A DNA stretch of 64,000 nt, from NCBI GenBank assembly GCA_964016885.1, contig OZ024741.1, forward strand, positions 331,452,001 to 331,516,000, written 5' to 3'. This DNA comes from Eledone cirrhosa (lineage: Eukaryota). Below are positions 13,673 through 25,958 of the stretch, piece by piece. The notes below the pieces were generated by a model. It saw nothing but the letters and a program-made list of their open reading frames with translations. It made no database searches and was not told the origin of the DNA. Positions within the stretch are counted from its first letter, which is position 1; every line of letters starts with the position of its first letter. A program made the translations under genes and the position numbers.

Positions 13673-14394
13673 TCCTTTGTCAGTGTTGAACAAATGAGCA
13701 ACGATGGTTGCTAGACACTACGGTTTAATGCGGGATGTTTGTTTACAAACACACCGAGCATTATAATAAATATTCGGTGAATCCATACGTACATATATAT
13801 ATGTGTGCATGTATGTATATATATATATACATACTACTGTATGTCTGTATACATATATGTATGTACGTATACATACTTATATATATATATATATTAGTTA
13901 AACCAATGAAATAAAAATTCAAGTCATTAGGAATATACTTCACTGCTTTACAATCGTTTCTAGGTGATAATAATATATCGTACGCATATTTCGTTATCGA
14001 TCTATGTAAGGTTAGTTACAAAATATCAAATAAGGAATATATTTACCTACATGTATATCGTCAGCAGTTGTCAAAAGCAATATATATATATATCACAAAA
14101 GCAATATATATATATATCACAAAAGCAATATATATATATCACAAAAAAAAAAGAGAATTAGTGTTGCGACGAATGGAATTTATTGGACATATTGAGAGCA
14201 TCGAGTGCTCAAATGGCCGCATACGGATGCTTTAAGCATCCAACACCAATTATATATATATATATATACGAAGGACTGTGACAAGTGGAGAGATGTTGTG
14301 CTGAATAGGACCTGTCCCACCCTTGCAAGCCAGAGAAAAGCGGATGTAAAATGATGATGAGGATGATGATGATGATATAAATGAATATCATGGA

Positions 14395-14437
<43 letters not shown>

Positions 14438-14444
14438 CATCATC

Positions 14445-14850
14445 ATCATCATTATCATCGCTTAACATCTATCTTCCATGCTAGCATGGGTTAGATGGGA
14501 ATTGTGCCACTTGAGGCAAGGTTGAACGGTTGACTGTGTCGTGCTCGTATAGGACTGTATCTGGCAGGTTTTCTATGGCTGGATGCCCTTCCTAACACCG
14601 ACCATATTTACAGTGTGAACTGGGAGCCTTTTTACCATGTCTCCTACATGACCACTGTACAGCTTGGACTGGGTGCTTTTCTGTCGTGATACCTACACAA
14701 CCTCTTTAGTTTAGACTGGATGTTCTGTGGTACAAACATAACTTTACAGAGAAAGGGTGATGTTGGTGGGAGTGGGAGGATGGAGTAGGGGTAGTGGGTT
14801 GGGGTGTTTATTTAGTTAAGAGGTGCCTACTGACTGTAGGTTAACTTGTG
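14445..14850 (-). mobile_element. SINE-like repeat with RTE-type (GAT)n tail
   Basis: Highly similar to 23775-24175 (same strand) and 19550-19930 (opposite strand). Confidence 0.75.
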
Positions 14851-14936
14851 TGTGTATGAATATATATATATCATCATTTTCATCATCATTTTACGTCCGC
14901 TTTTTTATATATATATAAATATATATATATACATAA

Positions 14937-14987
<51 letters not shown>

Positions 14988-15405
14988 TATATATAAATAT
15001 ATATATAAATATATATAAATATATATATATTAGAAAATAGAATAGCTTTCACCGTATTTTTGACTAAAGAAATTTTATATATATATTACGCCGTACAGTG
15101 CTCGGCGTAATTCGGGCTGTTTGTTTACAAACAAACCGAACATTATAATAAATGTTCGGTAAACCCATATGTCCATATATATATATGTGTGCATGTATGT
15201 ATATATATACATACTACTGTGCGTCTGTACACATATATGTATGTACGTATACATACTTATATTTAGGTATCAGCCGTACTAAGAGTGAGAAATGAAATTT
15301 CGTTTCATTCTTTTCCATTTATCCTTTCCGGTATGCCCGGCCGACTAATTCCCACGATATGCAAATTAGGCTGCTCAGACGTTCAATCATCTGACAGAAA
15401 GGTAT

Positions 15406-15448
15406 ACAATGCTGACGATAGCTAATAAGCTTGAAACTAGTACATCGT
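15406..15448 (+). ncRNA. Minimal hammerhead ribozyme, copy 3
   Basis: ACAATG-CTGACGA-TAGCTAATAAGCTT-GAAA-CTAGTA-CATCGT. Confidence 0.75.
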
Positions 15449-15894
15449 TCCTGTGTCAGTGTTGAACAAAAGGGCGACGATGGTTGCTGAGCACTGTACG
15501 GCATAATTCGGGATGTTTGTTTACAAACAAACCGAACATTATAATAAATGTTTGGTAAACCCATACATACATATATATATGTGTGCATGTATGTATGTAT
15601 ATACATACTACCGTGCGTCTGTACACATATATGTATGTACGTATACATACTTATATATATAAAAATATATATAAATATATGGAAAAAATGAAATTTCATT
15701 TCTCACTCTTAGTAAAGCTGATACTTAAATATAAGTATGTATACATACATACATATATGTATACAGATGTACACTAGTATGTATATACATACATACATGC
15801 ACACATATATATATGTACGTATGGGTTTACCGAATTAGTAGCCGTACAGTGTTCGGCAACCATCGTTGCCCTTTTGTTCAACACTGACTAAGGA

Positions 15895-15937
15895 ACAATG
15901 AACTAGTTTCTATCTTATTAGCTGTCATCAGCATCGT
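15895..15937 (-). ncRNA. Minimal hammerhead ribozyme, copy 4
   Basis: Reverse complement: ACGATG-CTGATGA-CAGCTAATAAGATA-GAAA-CTAGTT-CATTGT. Confidence 0.65.
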
Positions 15938-16099
15938 ATACCTTCCTGTCAGTCGATTGAACATTTGAAAGTATATACTTTCCTTACGCATATTAACGGC
16001 TGAGCAGCCTAATTTGCGTATCGAGTGAGTTAGTCAGCCGTTAATATGCATAAGGAAAGTATATACTTTCAAATATTCAATCGACTGACAGGAAGGTAT

Positions 16100-16142
16100 A
16101 CGATGCTGATGACAGCTAATGAGCTAGAAACTCGTTCATCGT
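16100..16142 (+). ncRNA. Minimal hammerhead ribozyme, copy 5
   Basis: ACGATG-CTGATGA-CAGCTAATGAGCTA-GAAA-CTCGTT-CATCGT; perfect 6 bp stem I. Confidence 0.7.
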
Positions 16143-16379
16143 TCCTTAGTCAGTGTTGAACAAAAGGGTAATGATTGTTGCCGAACATTGTACGGCTAAT
16201 AATTCGGGCTGTTTGTTTACAAACAAACCGAGCATTATAATAAATGTTCGGTAAACCCATACGTATATATATATATGTGCGCATGTATGTATGTATATAC
16301 ATATTACTGTATGTCTGTATACATATATGTATGTACGTATACATACTTATATATAAATATATGAATATAAATATATATA

Positions 16380-16413
<34 letters not shown>

Positions 16414-16416
16414 AAT

Positions 16417-16482
<66 letters not shown>

Positions 16483-17529
16483 ATTGGAGATCAGTAAAAT
16501 CGAATCTCTGGCTGTTTGCAAGTAAATTCGGCCTACTTATATGAAATGATGAGTTAGCAAAGCACTCGATAAGTTAGGTCCTTAGAGTAATAACATACGT
16601 TTAAATAGCTTGACAAATCGAACATTGTGGTAGGCAAATCTAACACACAATATATACCAAAGTAACGATACAACTAATCAGGTTATATATATATATGTGT
16701 GTGTGTGTGCGTGTGTGTGCGTGTGTGTGCGTGTGTGTGTATATACCCTTGCAAGCAGCGAAAAGCGGATGTAAAATGATGATGAAAATGATGATGATAT
16801 ATATATATATTCATACATACACACACATATATATATATTTGTTTTGATATTTAAGGGATCTAATTGATTCTTTTTAATACAGAAACCAACAATCATTTTA
16901 TCCCAAGCATGGCAGTTGTGTGTTTACACAAACCTGTAATGTGTACAGAGCCAATACACGATGCTCAGCACTCAGAAATCCCCTTTGTTAACACCCTTCT
17001 AAAGCATTTACAAAATGAATATATAAATATAAATATAAGCATACAATAACAAACATTATAAATTATATATTGACTTCTTTCAGGTTTAGCTGAGGACAGT
17101 TTTTAGGAAAGAGTGCAGTGAACTAAACTGATCTCATGATATTAATGATAAATAAATATGTGTACAGAATCACATCCATATAGTTTTACTAATCATATAT
17201 TTAGTCTTGCCGTGAAATTAGCCACCATGGTTAAATCATATTTAACCCTTTTGTGACCAATGGAAACATTGTTTCCTTGGTCTGATCTGACGAGTTTCAC
17301 CTCACTCGGTAAGCGAATGAGGTCTGGGATCGTGTCAATTTGGATCAATTATATTGTATTTCTAATGGAAATTTTGTCTATAATTTTGAAAATAATCAAG
17401 AATTTGGAGAGATTTAGTAATATAACTAATTGTTTCATTATAAAATTCATCTTTGGAACATAACTTAATAAAATTATGATAGAAGCTTTTTAGATAAATA
17501 TAAAGACATTAACCCTTTAGTTACCATAT

Positions 17530-17900
17530 TATCATCATCATCAATTTTACCTCCATGTTTTGATGCATGCATGGGTTGGATGAGTCCTTTTCAGCACAGC
17601 ATCTCTCCATACACTGCATTCTTTCATCATCTCCTCTGTAAGTCTCAGCGATTTGAGATCAGCTCTCATCACTTCTGCCCAGGTCTTTCTTGGTCTCTCT
17701 CTACTGTGGCTTCTTTTCACTGGGATTTCCTGGCATTTCTTTACCCAGCGATCATCATCCATGTGCATCACATGTTTGTACCAATGTAGTCTTCCATCTT
17801 GCACACCACTTTGGATACCTCTTAAATTCAGTTTTATCCAAGCTCTGCCTTTCCCTCACATTGACATTGCACATCCAATGAAGCAATGTTGCTTCATTTC
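17530..17900 (-). mobile_element. RTE LINE 3' fragment
   Basis: RLHWYKHVMHMDDDRWVKKCQEIPVKRSHSRERPRKTW, homologous to the 27534 element. Confidence 0.9.
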
Positions 17901-18169
17901 TCTCTTGCCTACCACTTCAGATTACTCTTAAACACAGTTTTTCCCTCAGTTCATCCAAGCTCTGCCTTTCCCTCACATTTACATTGCATGGTTGCTTCAT
18001 TTCTCTTCAGTCTATCAATGTCTGCCCATGTTTCACTGCCATGCTGCAATGCACTTCGCACACAGACATCATACAGTCATATTTCTAATAAAAGACACTC
18101 TGTAATTTTCAATTAATTTTGAAAATAATCAAGAATTAAGAGGGATTTAGTAACATAACAAACAAGCTC

Positions 18170-18385
18170 TCTGATGAGTTCACAGAGGAAGGAAGCTGCA
18201 GTAGAGGAAAATTAAAGAAGACCTGATCAGAATTGATGAGAGTTGATCTCAAAATACTGAACATCACGTAAGAGATGATGAAAGAATGCAGTAGGTGGAA
18301 AGAAACTCTGTTGGAAAAGACCTGTCCAACCCATGTAAGCATAGAAAAAATGATTATAAAAGGATTATGATAATAATGATGATGT
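18170..18385 (+). mobile_element. Degenerate RTE LINE 3' fragment
   Basis: gaggaaggaagctgcagtagagg...aagacctgtccaacccatgtaagcat and (GAT)-type tail. Confidence 0.65.
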
Positions 18386-18413
18386 TTGGAATATAACTTA
18401 GCAAAGTTGTTAC

Positions 18414-18463
<50 letters not shown>

Positions 18464-18471
<8 letters not shown>

Positions 18472-18653
18472 TAAAATAACAGATTAAAGTTTAAGAAAAG
18501 AATCGCTGCTTTCACCCAAAGCAGCAATTCTTTGCTTAAACTTTAATCTGTTATTTTAATAAATATTTGCTCTACGGTTCTTATATATCTGATATATATT
18601 TATCCTTATCGAGCCCTCTTTGGATTTTAGTCTTCAAATTTATTATTATTACT
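18464..18653. mobile_element. Short fold-back element, same family as 62127-63023
   Basis: ~45 bp inverted arms (18464-18566) plus a unique tail that matches 62932-63023. Confidence 0.85.
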
Positions 18654-18720
18654 ATATATATATATATATGTACACACATACATACATGTATGCGTGAGAG
18701 AGAGAGAGAGAGCGAGAGAG

Positions 18721-18784
<64 letters not shown>

Positions 18785-18966
18785 TGTGATACAATAATTA
18801 TGCACTGGCCTGAACTGCAAATCGGAATATTTGAACAAGTTGCTTCAGTGCAATTTTGACAAATGGATAACAACGATTAATTTATGAAGAAGAAATATGA
18901 GTTGCACCTAGGAAGACTGAAGTGTACTGTATATATAACATAATTACATAAGGGTCACATTGAAAT

Positions 18967-19005
<39 letters not shown>

Positions 19006-19074
19006 CATACATATGTCATGGATGTGCAAAGCATCTTGTGGTAATGTGACTGCATATATTTATTTATATATATA

Positions 19075-19258
19075 TTGGTTTCTTATATAGGCACAAGGCC
19101 AGCAATTTTGGGGCAGGGGAAAGTCGACTGGTACTTTATTTTATCGACCCCGTAAGGATGAAAGGCAAAGTTAACCTCAGTGGGATTTGAACTCTGATCG
19201 CAAAGGGCCGTAACTCTATGCTGCAAAGCATGGCGTCCGACCCTCTACTGATACTGCT
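19075..19258 (-). mobile_element. Meta-type SINE
   Basis: Reverse complement of the 12553 family. Confidence 0.85.
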
Positions 19259-19340
19259 AAATATATATTAATGTAAAGATACATATATATATATATATAG
19301 TATTTACTTTCCCACGTATATATATATATATATATATATA

Positions 19341-19537
19341 TGCGCATGAAAGATGACAGCTGTATAACAAAGTGCAGGGCAATAAAGATAGACGGTAGCC
19401 ATGGAGTAAGCAGACCCAGAAAAACCTGGCACGACTTGATAAATTCCGACCTCACACACTTACACCTCTCCAAGACAATGTCACTGGACCGAGACCTTTG
19501 GCGGTACTCAGTAATAGAGAAGACCCGCCTTACCTAA
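19341..19537 (+). mobile_element. RTE LINE 3' fragment (divergent family)
   Basis: MRMKDDSCITKCRAIKIDGSHGVSRPRKTWHDLINSDL. Confidence 0.8.
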
Positions 19538-19549
19538 ATACAAAGTAAA

Positions 19550-19932
19550 ACCTACTACAGTCAGTAGGCATCTCTAACAAAATACACCCCCGTCCAACCA
19601 CCCCCGTCCCATCCACACCGCCCCTTTCAATGTAAAGTTATGTTGGTGCCACAACATCCAGGCCAAAACAAATGAGGTCGTGTAGATGTCACGACAAAAA
19701 AACACACAGTCCACGCTGTAATGTGGCCGTGTAGGCAACACGGTGAAAACCTCCCAGCCCCACACTGTAAATGTGGTTGGTGTTAGGAAGGGCATCCAGC
19801 TGTAGAAAACCCGCCAGACAGTCTTATGCGAGCAAGACAATCACTCTTGCCTCAAGTGGGAAAACTCCCGTCCAAACCCATGCAAGCGTGGAACACGGAC
19901 GTTAAACGACGACGACGATGATGATGATGATG
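19550..19932 (+). mobile_element. SINE-like repeat with RTE-type tail
   Basis: cacactgtaaatgtggttggtgttaggaagggcatccagc...ggacgttaaac(GAT)n. Confidence 0.75.
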
Positions 19933-22122
19933 ATACACACATACATATATGTAAAATACACATACACACACACATACACAGACACACACACATATATATA
20001 TAATTACACATATTTATATATATATATATGCATACAATTAAAAACAAAACACGCACACACACACACATATATATATATACACACATACTATCACACATGT
20101 ATAAAGACAGAATGTTTATAAAGGAGAGGAGATGATGGTAGTTTATGGTTCCAGAAATGTTTTGTTTAGAGTGCATCCTATACTTAAATACACATACCTC
20201 TTGCAGTTAGTTATTCTATAACAGAGCTGGTAGCTTGCTAGCTTTTCCTTTCTCCAGAATATTTTATTATTCCCAGGGAAATTGAATTGTGTCTACAATG
20301 GTAATAGGTTAGAGAATTACCAATGACAAAATAAATTACTATTGCTACAATAAATAACACTTTTAAGAGAACCGTTTCAATGTAGAAGATAATGGGGAAG
20401 GACACACAATTCAAGTGATTTCACAGTCATTTTAATAAATACTGTTGACTGGAAGATTTAAATTGAATGACTCTCTGTCTCCTTATATCAAAACCTTTAA
20501 TCAACCAGCTTCTCTCCATTGACCAATGTTATTAAAGTCAGAAGAATTTAACCTATATCTAGTTATATAATGTGTACATTACACAGTTGGCAATGAACTT
20601 TAATTACAAGCATAAGGAAAAATCTATCTTTAGCATAAGATTTCATTCGAGGAAATGGCTAAGTAATTAAACTAGCTTCTAAATTCTAGCCTTTAGGAGA
20701 AATAGAAAATATTGCTAATTGACTGCAATTCTCATTACTCTATATAATCCTATTTTCAACATTTTAATCAAAATAACAGCATACATTGTATATCTATCTT
20801 ATTGATACACCTCTCTCTGACTGACTGCAGAATTTCTCATGGTTGTTTTTGATATTGTTTTTATTTTAGTAGCAGTATTAATGTGAATATATATATACAC
20901 ACACAGTTTACTCAGCTGTAGAAATGAGATGATAGGGACTGGGGTCCCTATCATTCCACTGCAAAGTGGTCATGGAGATGTCATGGCAAAAAAGATGAGC
21001 TTGGTGTTAAGAAGGGCATCCAGCTGCAGAAATCAAGCCAGAATCAGTTCCCGTCCCACCCTTGCAAGCAGGGAAAAGCGGACGTAAAATGATGATTGAT
21101 GGTGATATGTGTGTGTGTGTGTGTGTGTATATATATCACATAAGAAACGAAGAATCAGTGGTGCGACGAATTAAAATTTATTAGACATATTACAATCGTT
21201 TCTCTGGCAACCAGCTCGAGGCATGATCAATGAGATGATCGAACCTGACTATATATATATATATAACAGTCAATGGACAAGATCCCAGACCTCATTTGCT
21301 TAATGAGTTGGGTGGAGCTCACCAAATTGGACCAAGGAAACAATGTTTCCATCAGTTTTTCCAATTGCTAATACTATCTACTGGTTGCAAATCCAGGCAG
21401 AAAGAGTAACGTGTAATAAAGTATCTTGCACAAGGAAATATCACATCGCCTGGTCCAGGAATCAAACTCAAAACCTCATGATTGTGAATTCAATTCTCTA
21501 ACAACTCAGCTACATTCCTTCACAATATATATATAATCATCATTGTTTAATGTTCATTTTTCCTCACTTGCATGGGTCAGACCAGTTGTCATGTTATGTA
21601 ACAAGTTAGGTTAGCTGACCATGTATTGCTCATACAGATCTGTATTTTAGGTTGGTTTCTAACACCAATCACATTACAGTGTGGACTGGGAGCTTTTTAT
21701 CATGGCACCAAAACAACAATTTAACAGATCAGACAGGGTACTTTTTCATCATGTCACCAACACGACTACCTTACAGGGTAGACTGATATATATATATATA
21801 TATATACATTTTCATTTTTTAAGGTTAAATAATGAGTCTTGTTACTCTGTGAGAAGCAGGTGGAACTCCAGAGTAACAGAACTCACAAATTAGCATTAAT
21901 AAGATGAATATTCAAACTCCATTTTGGTATTGAATACTCTTTTCTCTTAGTCACCAACTACATATCGACATTCAATCGACTTTCGTCAAATTGGACAGAG
22001 GAAACAATGTTTCCATTGGTCTTTCCAATTGCTAATACTATCTATCGGTTGCAACTCCTGGTAGAAGGAGCAATGTAAAATAAAGTGCCTTGCTCAAGGC
22101 CATAACACATCGCCCAGTCCAG

Positions 22123-22555
22123 GAAATGTTTTGACAGGTGTGTTGGTTTCATAGTATCAATCTGGACTCTTCAGATGGTCTTCTAAACATTATTTTTATC
22201 CAACCCTGGTTCTCTGGAGAACCTGGGGTGGAGATGTTGGTGAACTGATAAAATTCAATCTCTCCTCTCTCAATATCACCTCCGCTTAGGAGATAAAAAT
22301 AATGTTCGGAAGTCCATCTGAAGAGGCTGGATTGATACTACGGAACCAATACATTGCATCAAACCTGTCTAAACATTTCTAATGGGAAATTTCTGAATAG
22401 ATTGTAATAACCCATTTTGCATACTTATTCTTCACTGCATATATTCTGCCTAGACCACCAGATGTAATCTCGTATGCTTCAGGATGTTGAGTGCTTACCT
22501 CAGGATACTTCAAGATCTACCAGTTACAATACCCTAACTGGTCATTTACCTGCAT
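22123..22555. mobile_element. Fold-back element (Penelope pLTR-like)
   Basis: Inverted arms 22123-22200 and 22290-22379 containing CTGAAGAG; interrupts a minus-strand CORE SINE. Confidence 0.6.
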
Positions 22556-22669
22556 ATAATATAATATATATATATATATATATATATACACACGCACACA
22601 TTGACATATATAAATGTAATAATGAAGGATTAAACAAAATATATGCTAACTTTAAACAATGCCCCCCAC

Positions 22670-22985
22670 CCCCCACTGTAAAGTGGTTGTATAGGTGTCA
22701 TGACAAAAAGCACCCAGTCCACACTGTAAAGTGGTCATGTAGGCGTCATGACAATAAGCACCCAGTACACACTGTAAAGTTGTCATGTAGGCGTCATGTC
22801 AATAAGCACCCAGTGGTCACTGTAAAGAGGTTGGTGTTAGGAAGGGCATCCAGCTGTAGAAACTAAGCCAAAATCAGTTCTGTATGAGCAAGACATTGTC
22901 ACATGACCTAAAATTGCCCACAACAGGACAACCCATCTAGCCCATGCTAGCGTTGAAAATGGATGTAAAACTATGATGATGATTG
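22670..22985 (+). mobile_element. SINE 3' part with internal 48 bp tandem repeat
   Basis: aagcacccagtccacactgtaaagtggtcatgtaggcgtcatgac x3-4, then RTE-type tail. Confidence 0.75.
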
Positions 22986-23446
22986 CTGAATGAAAGACAA
23001 CCAATAATCTAAGAAGAAGAGAATTAAAAGAAACTAAAATTCGAAACAGTTTTCTAAGATTTAGAATAAAGAACATTTAGAAATATTGTCATTTACATGA
23101 TTTATGCCTATTAGCAATAAAAATTATAGAGTAAAGTAAAATATTATTTTTAGAAGAGGGGGAAAAAATAAAAGATTGTGATAATTCCACATTTCTAAAA
23201 AAAACAAAACCAGAAACTGTGGCTAAGCTGTTTGCCTTACAGCCATATAGTTTTGAGTTCTTTCCCAATGTGATGCAACACCTTGGGCCAGTAGTGACTT
23301 CTGCTATAAATATTTGATCGATTAAATGGTAGACAAGCTGGAAATCTATAGATTAATGGCAGATGGAATCATACCCAACATCCATGTAATATATATATAT
23401 ATAGAGGCAGATGTAAAATATATATAGAGGTACAATATATATATGG

Positions 23447-23763
23447 AGGCATATGGCTTAGTGGTTAGAGCATTAGTCTTGCAATCGAAAGGTTGTGATT
23501 TCAATTCTCAGACCGGGTGATGTGTTGTTTCCTTGAACAAGACACTTTATTTCACATTGCTCCAGTTTACTCAGCTGTAGAAATGAGATGATAGGGACCC
23601 CATTCCACTGCAAAGTGGTCGTGGAGGTGCCACGGCAAAAAAGCACCCAGCCCACACTGTAAATGAGGTTGGTATTAGGAAGGGTATCCAGCTGTAGAAA
23701 TCATGCCAGAATCAGTTCCCGTTACACCCTTGCAAGCAGGGAAAAGCGGACGTAAAAGGATGA
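23447..23763 (+). mobile_element. Full-length tRNA-CORE SINE with RTE tail
   Basis: A-box tggcttagtgg, B-box, CORE-like segment, tail acccttgcaagcagggaaaagcggacgtaaa. Confidence 0.9.
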
Positions 23764-23774
23764 TATATATATCA

Positions 23775-24175
23775 TCATCATCATCATTGTTTAGTGTCTA
23801 TCTTCCACGCTAGCATGGGTTAGATGGGAATTGTCCCACTTAAGGCAAGATTGGTCAGGTGACCGTGTCTCACTTGTTTAGGACTCTATCTGGCAGGTTT
23901 TCTATGGCTAGATGCCCTTCCTAACACCAACCACATTTACAGTGTGGACTGGGAGCCTTTTTACTGTGTTACCTACATGACCACACTACAGTGTGGACTG
24001 TGTTTTTTTTGTCATGACACCTACATGATCTCATTAGTTTGAACTGGATGTTGTGGTACCAACATAACTTTATAGAGAAAGGGTGGTGTTGGTGAGAGTG
24101 GGAGGATGGAGTAAGGGTAGTGGGTTGGGGTGTATATTTGGTTTGGAGGGGCCTACTGACTGTAGGTTAACTTTG
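23775..24175 (-). mobile_element. SINE-like repeat with RTE-type tail
   Basis: Copy of 14445-14850. Confidence 0.75.
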
Positions 24176-24967
24176 CATGTCAGGTCTTCTGTATTACTGT
24201 GTGGCACCATAGATCTCGATCCAGTGATATTGTCTTGGAGGGGTGTAAGTGGGCAAGGTAGGAATTTATCATGTCGTCCCAGGTTTTTCTGGGTCTACCT
24301 ACTTCTATCAATTTTGATCGCCCTGTATATATTCAAACTTATTTGAAGGAAATTAACCAACTTTCATTAAAAACTGTTTAATCACTTATAATTGTTTCTG
24401 GTATAAAGTGAAATGGCATTGGACTTGGTCGTTGAATCCTTTAAAACCTGTAAAAAATTCATTTCAGATAATTTTCTGTTTACTCATACTATGATATAGT
24501 TTTGTTGATCTCTGCTGCTTGAAGTGAGTTTTTGTTTTATGTGATGGTTTATTGAAATAAGTTTTTTCCATTCTGAAGAAAGTGTGAAGTCCTATATAGC
24601 AATTACAACCTACATGTGTTTCTCTACTCTCCTTTGAGATTTGATTGTATACTTCCACTTATGATATATACATATACAGATCTATATACATGTCGAGTGT
24701 CAGAGCATATGTAAGCAAGATGCTGCATTCAACCTATCTGAAAGATCAGTGGCTCTGTCTAAGTACTTGACCTATCCAATCCTTGATAATAGGGAGCAGT
24801 CATTAAATGATGATGATGATGATGTGTATACCACATGGCTACTGAAATAGCTGTTACATGATCACATCTTAAAAGAACCACAGCATGACATATATGTTTA
24901 TTAGACATAGGCATAGCATAAATGCCTTCATATACCCCTCTATTATGAATCATGCATTGTTAGTGCT

Positions 24968-25310
24968 ACTGTAAGGTGGTCATGTTGGGGACACAACAAA
25001 ATGCCTCCAGCTCACCCTGTAAGGTGGTCGTGTTGGTGACACAACAAAAAGCCCTCGGTTCACCCTGTAAAGTGGTCGTGTTGGTGACACAACAAAAAGC
25101 CCCAGCCCAACCTGTAAGGTGGTTGTGTTGGTGATGGTGCCACAATAAAAAAGTACCAAGTCGCGCTGTAAATGTAGTTGGCATTAGGATAGCATCCAGC
25201 CGTAGAAAACAAGCCAGAAACAGAGTCATCTCATCTGACTTGTCTCACAAAAGGACAACTCATCTAACCCATGCTAGCATGGAAAAGTGGACATTAAACG
25301 GTGATTAAGA
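24968..25310 (+). mobile_element. SINE 3' part with ~48 bp tandem repeats
   Basis: ctgtaaggtggtcgtgttggtgacacaacaaaaagccc x4, then RTE-type tail. Confidence 0.7.
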
Positions 25311-25441
25311 TGAGGAGGATATAAAAAGATATTAGATAGCTGAATCACATCTTTTAAATGTCAACAAACATCATGTATACGAAGCTGCCATTGACTCCTC
25401 TTTTTCTGTCTTTAAGGGTCTTCACTCTATTTTATAAGCTA

Positions 25442-25478
25442 CTAGCAGAAAACCGCCTTTCGGGCGGTTTTCTGCTAG
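25442..25478 (-). terminator. Helitron 3' terminal hairpin
   Basis: Perfect 16 bp inverted repeat ctagcagaaaaccgcc/ggcggttttctgctag. Confidence 0.8.
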
Positions 25479-25958
25479 CATATATAGTGTGTATATTGAT
25501 ATACGCAAATATATATGCACATAGATATGATACGTAAATTGACAATATGCACATAAACTGAACAAAGACTGCGTTACACTTACTTCTGTAATCAGTAAAG
25601 TAATCCATGATACATTTTAAAAAAAGGCGATAATGAAGATGGAAAAGCGATGAAACTGTTAACGGAAAATGTTCATGAATCTTCATTTGAGAATGTTGAT
25701 GGGAAGCTTCAAGCAGTGAATTTGAAAATAGATGATGCTGATATGAATGAAGGAATTACATTTATCAATATGAAGAGTTGACCTTCGCTATATTGTTGTT
25801 TTACTGTATTCACATATAGACTTCTTAAGTTTTTGTAGTGTCCCGTTTCTAACAATTAAAAAGAAACAGAAATACATTTCAATTAAAAGAGAGTGATAGC
25901 TGTTTCACATCACTGTAGAATTTCTTTGTAGACACAGTTGTCAGCAAACAGACCCCTT

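Larger units (their letters stand above)
13141..13880 (+). mobile_element. Tandem ~433 bp hammerhead-containing repeat (retrozyme/Penelope pLTR-like)
   Basis: About 1.7 direct copies, each with a hammerhead core; cores are 433 nt apart. Confidence 0.8.
15088..16350. mobile_element. Direct and inverted copies of the hammerhead repeat
   Basis: Plus copies at 15105-15655 and 16036-16350, minus copy at 15685-16035; palindrome centred near 16030. Confidence 0.8.
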
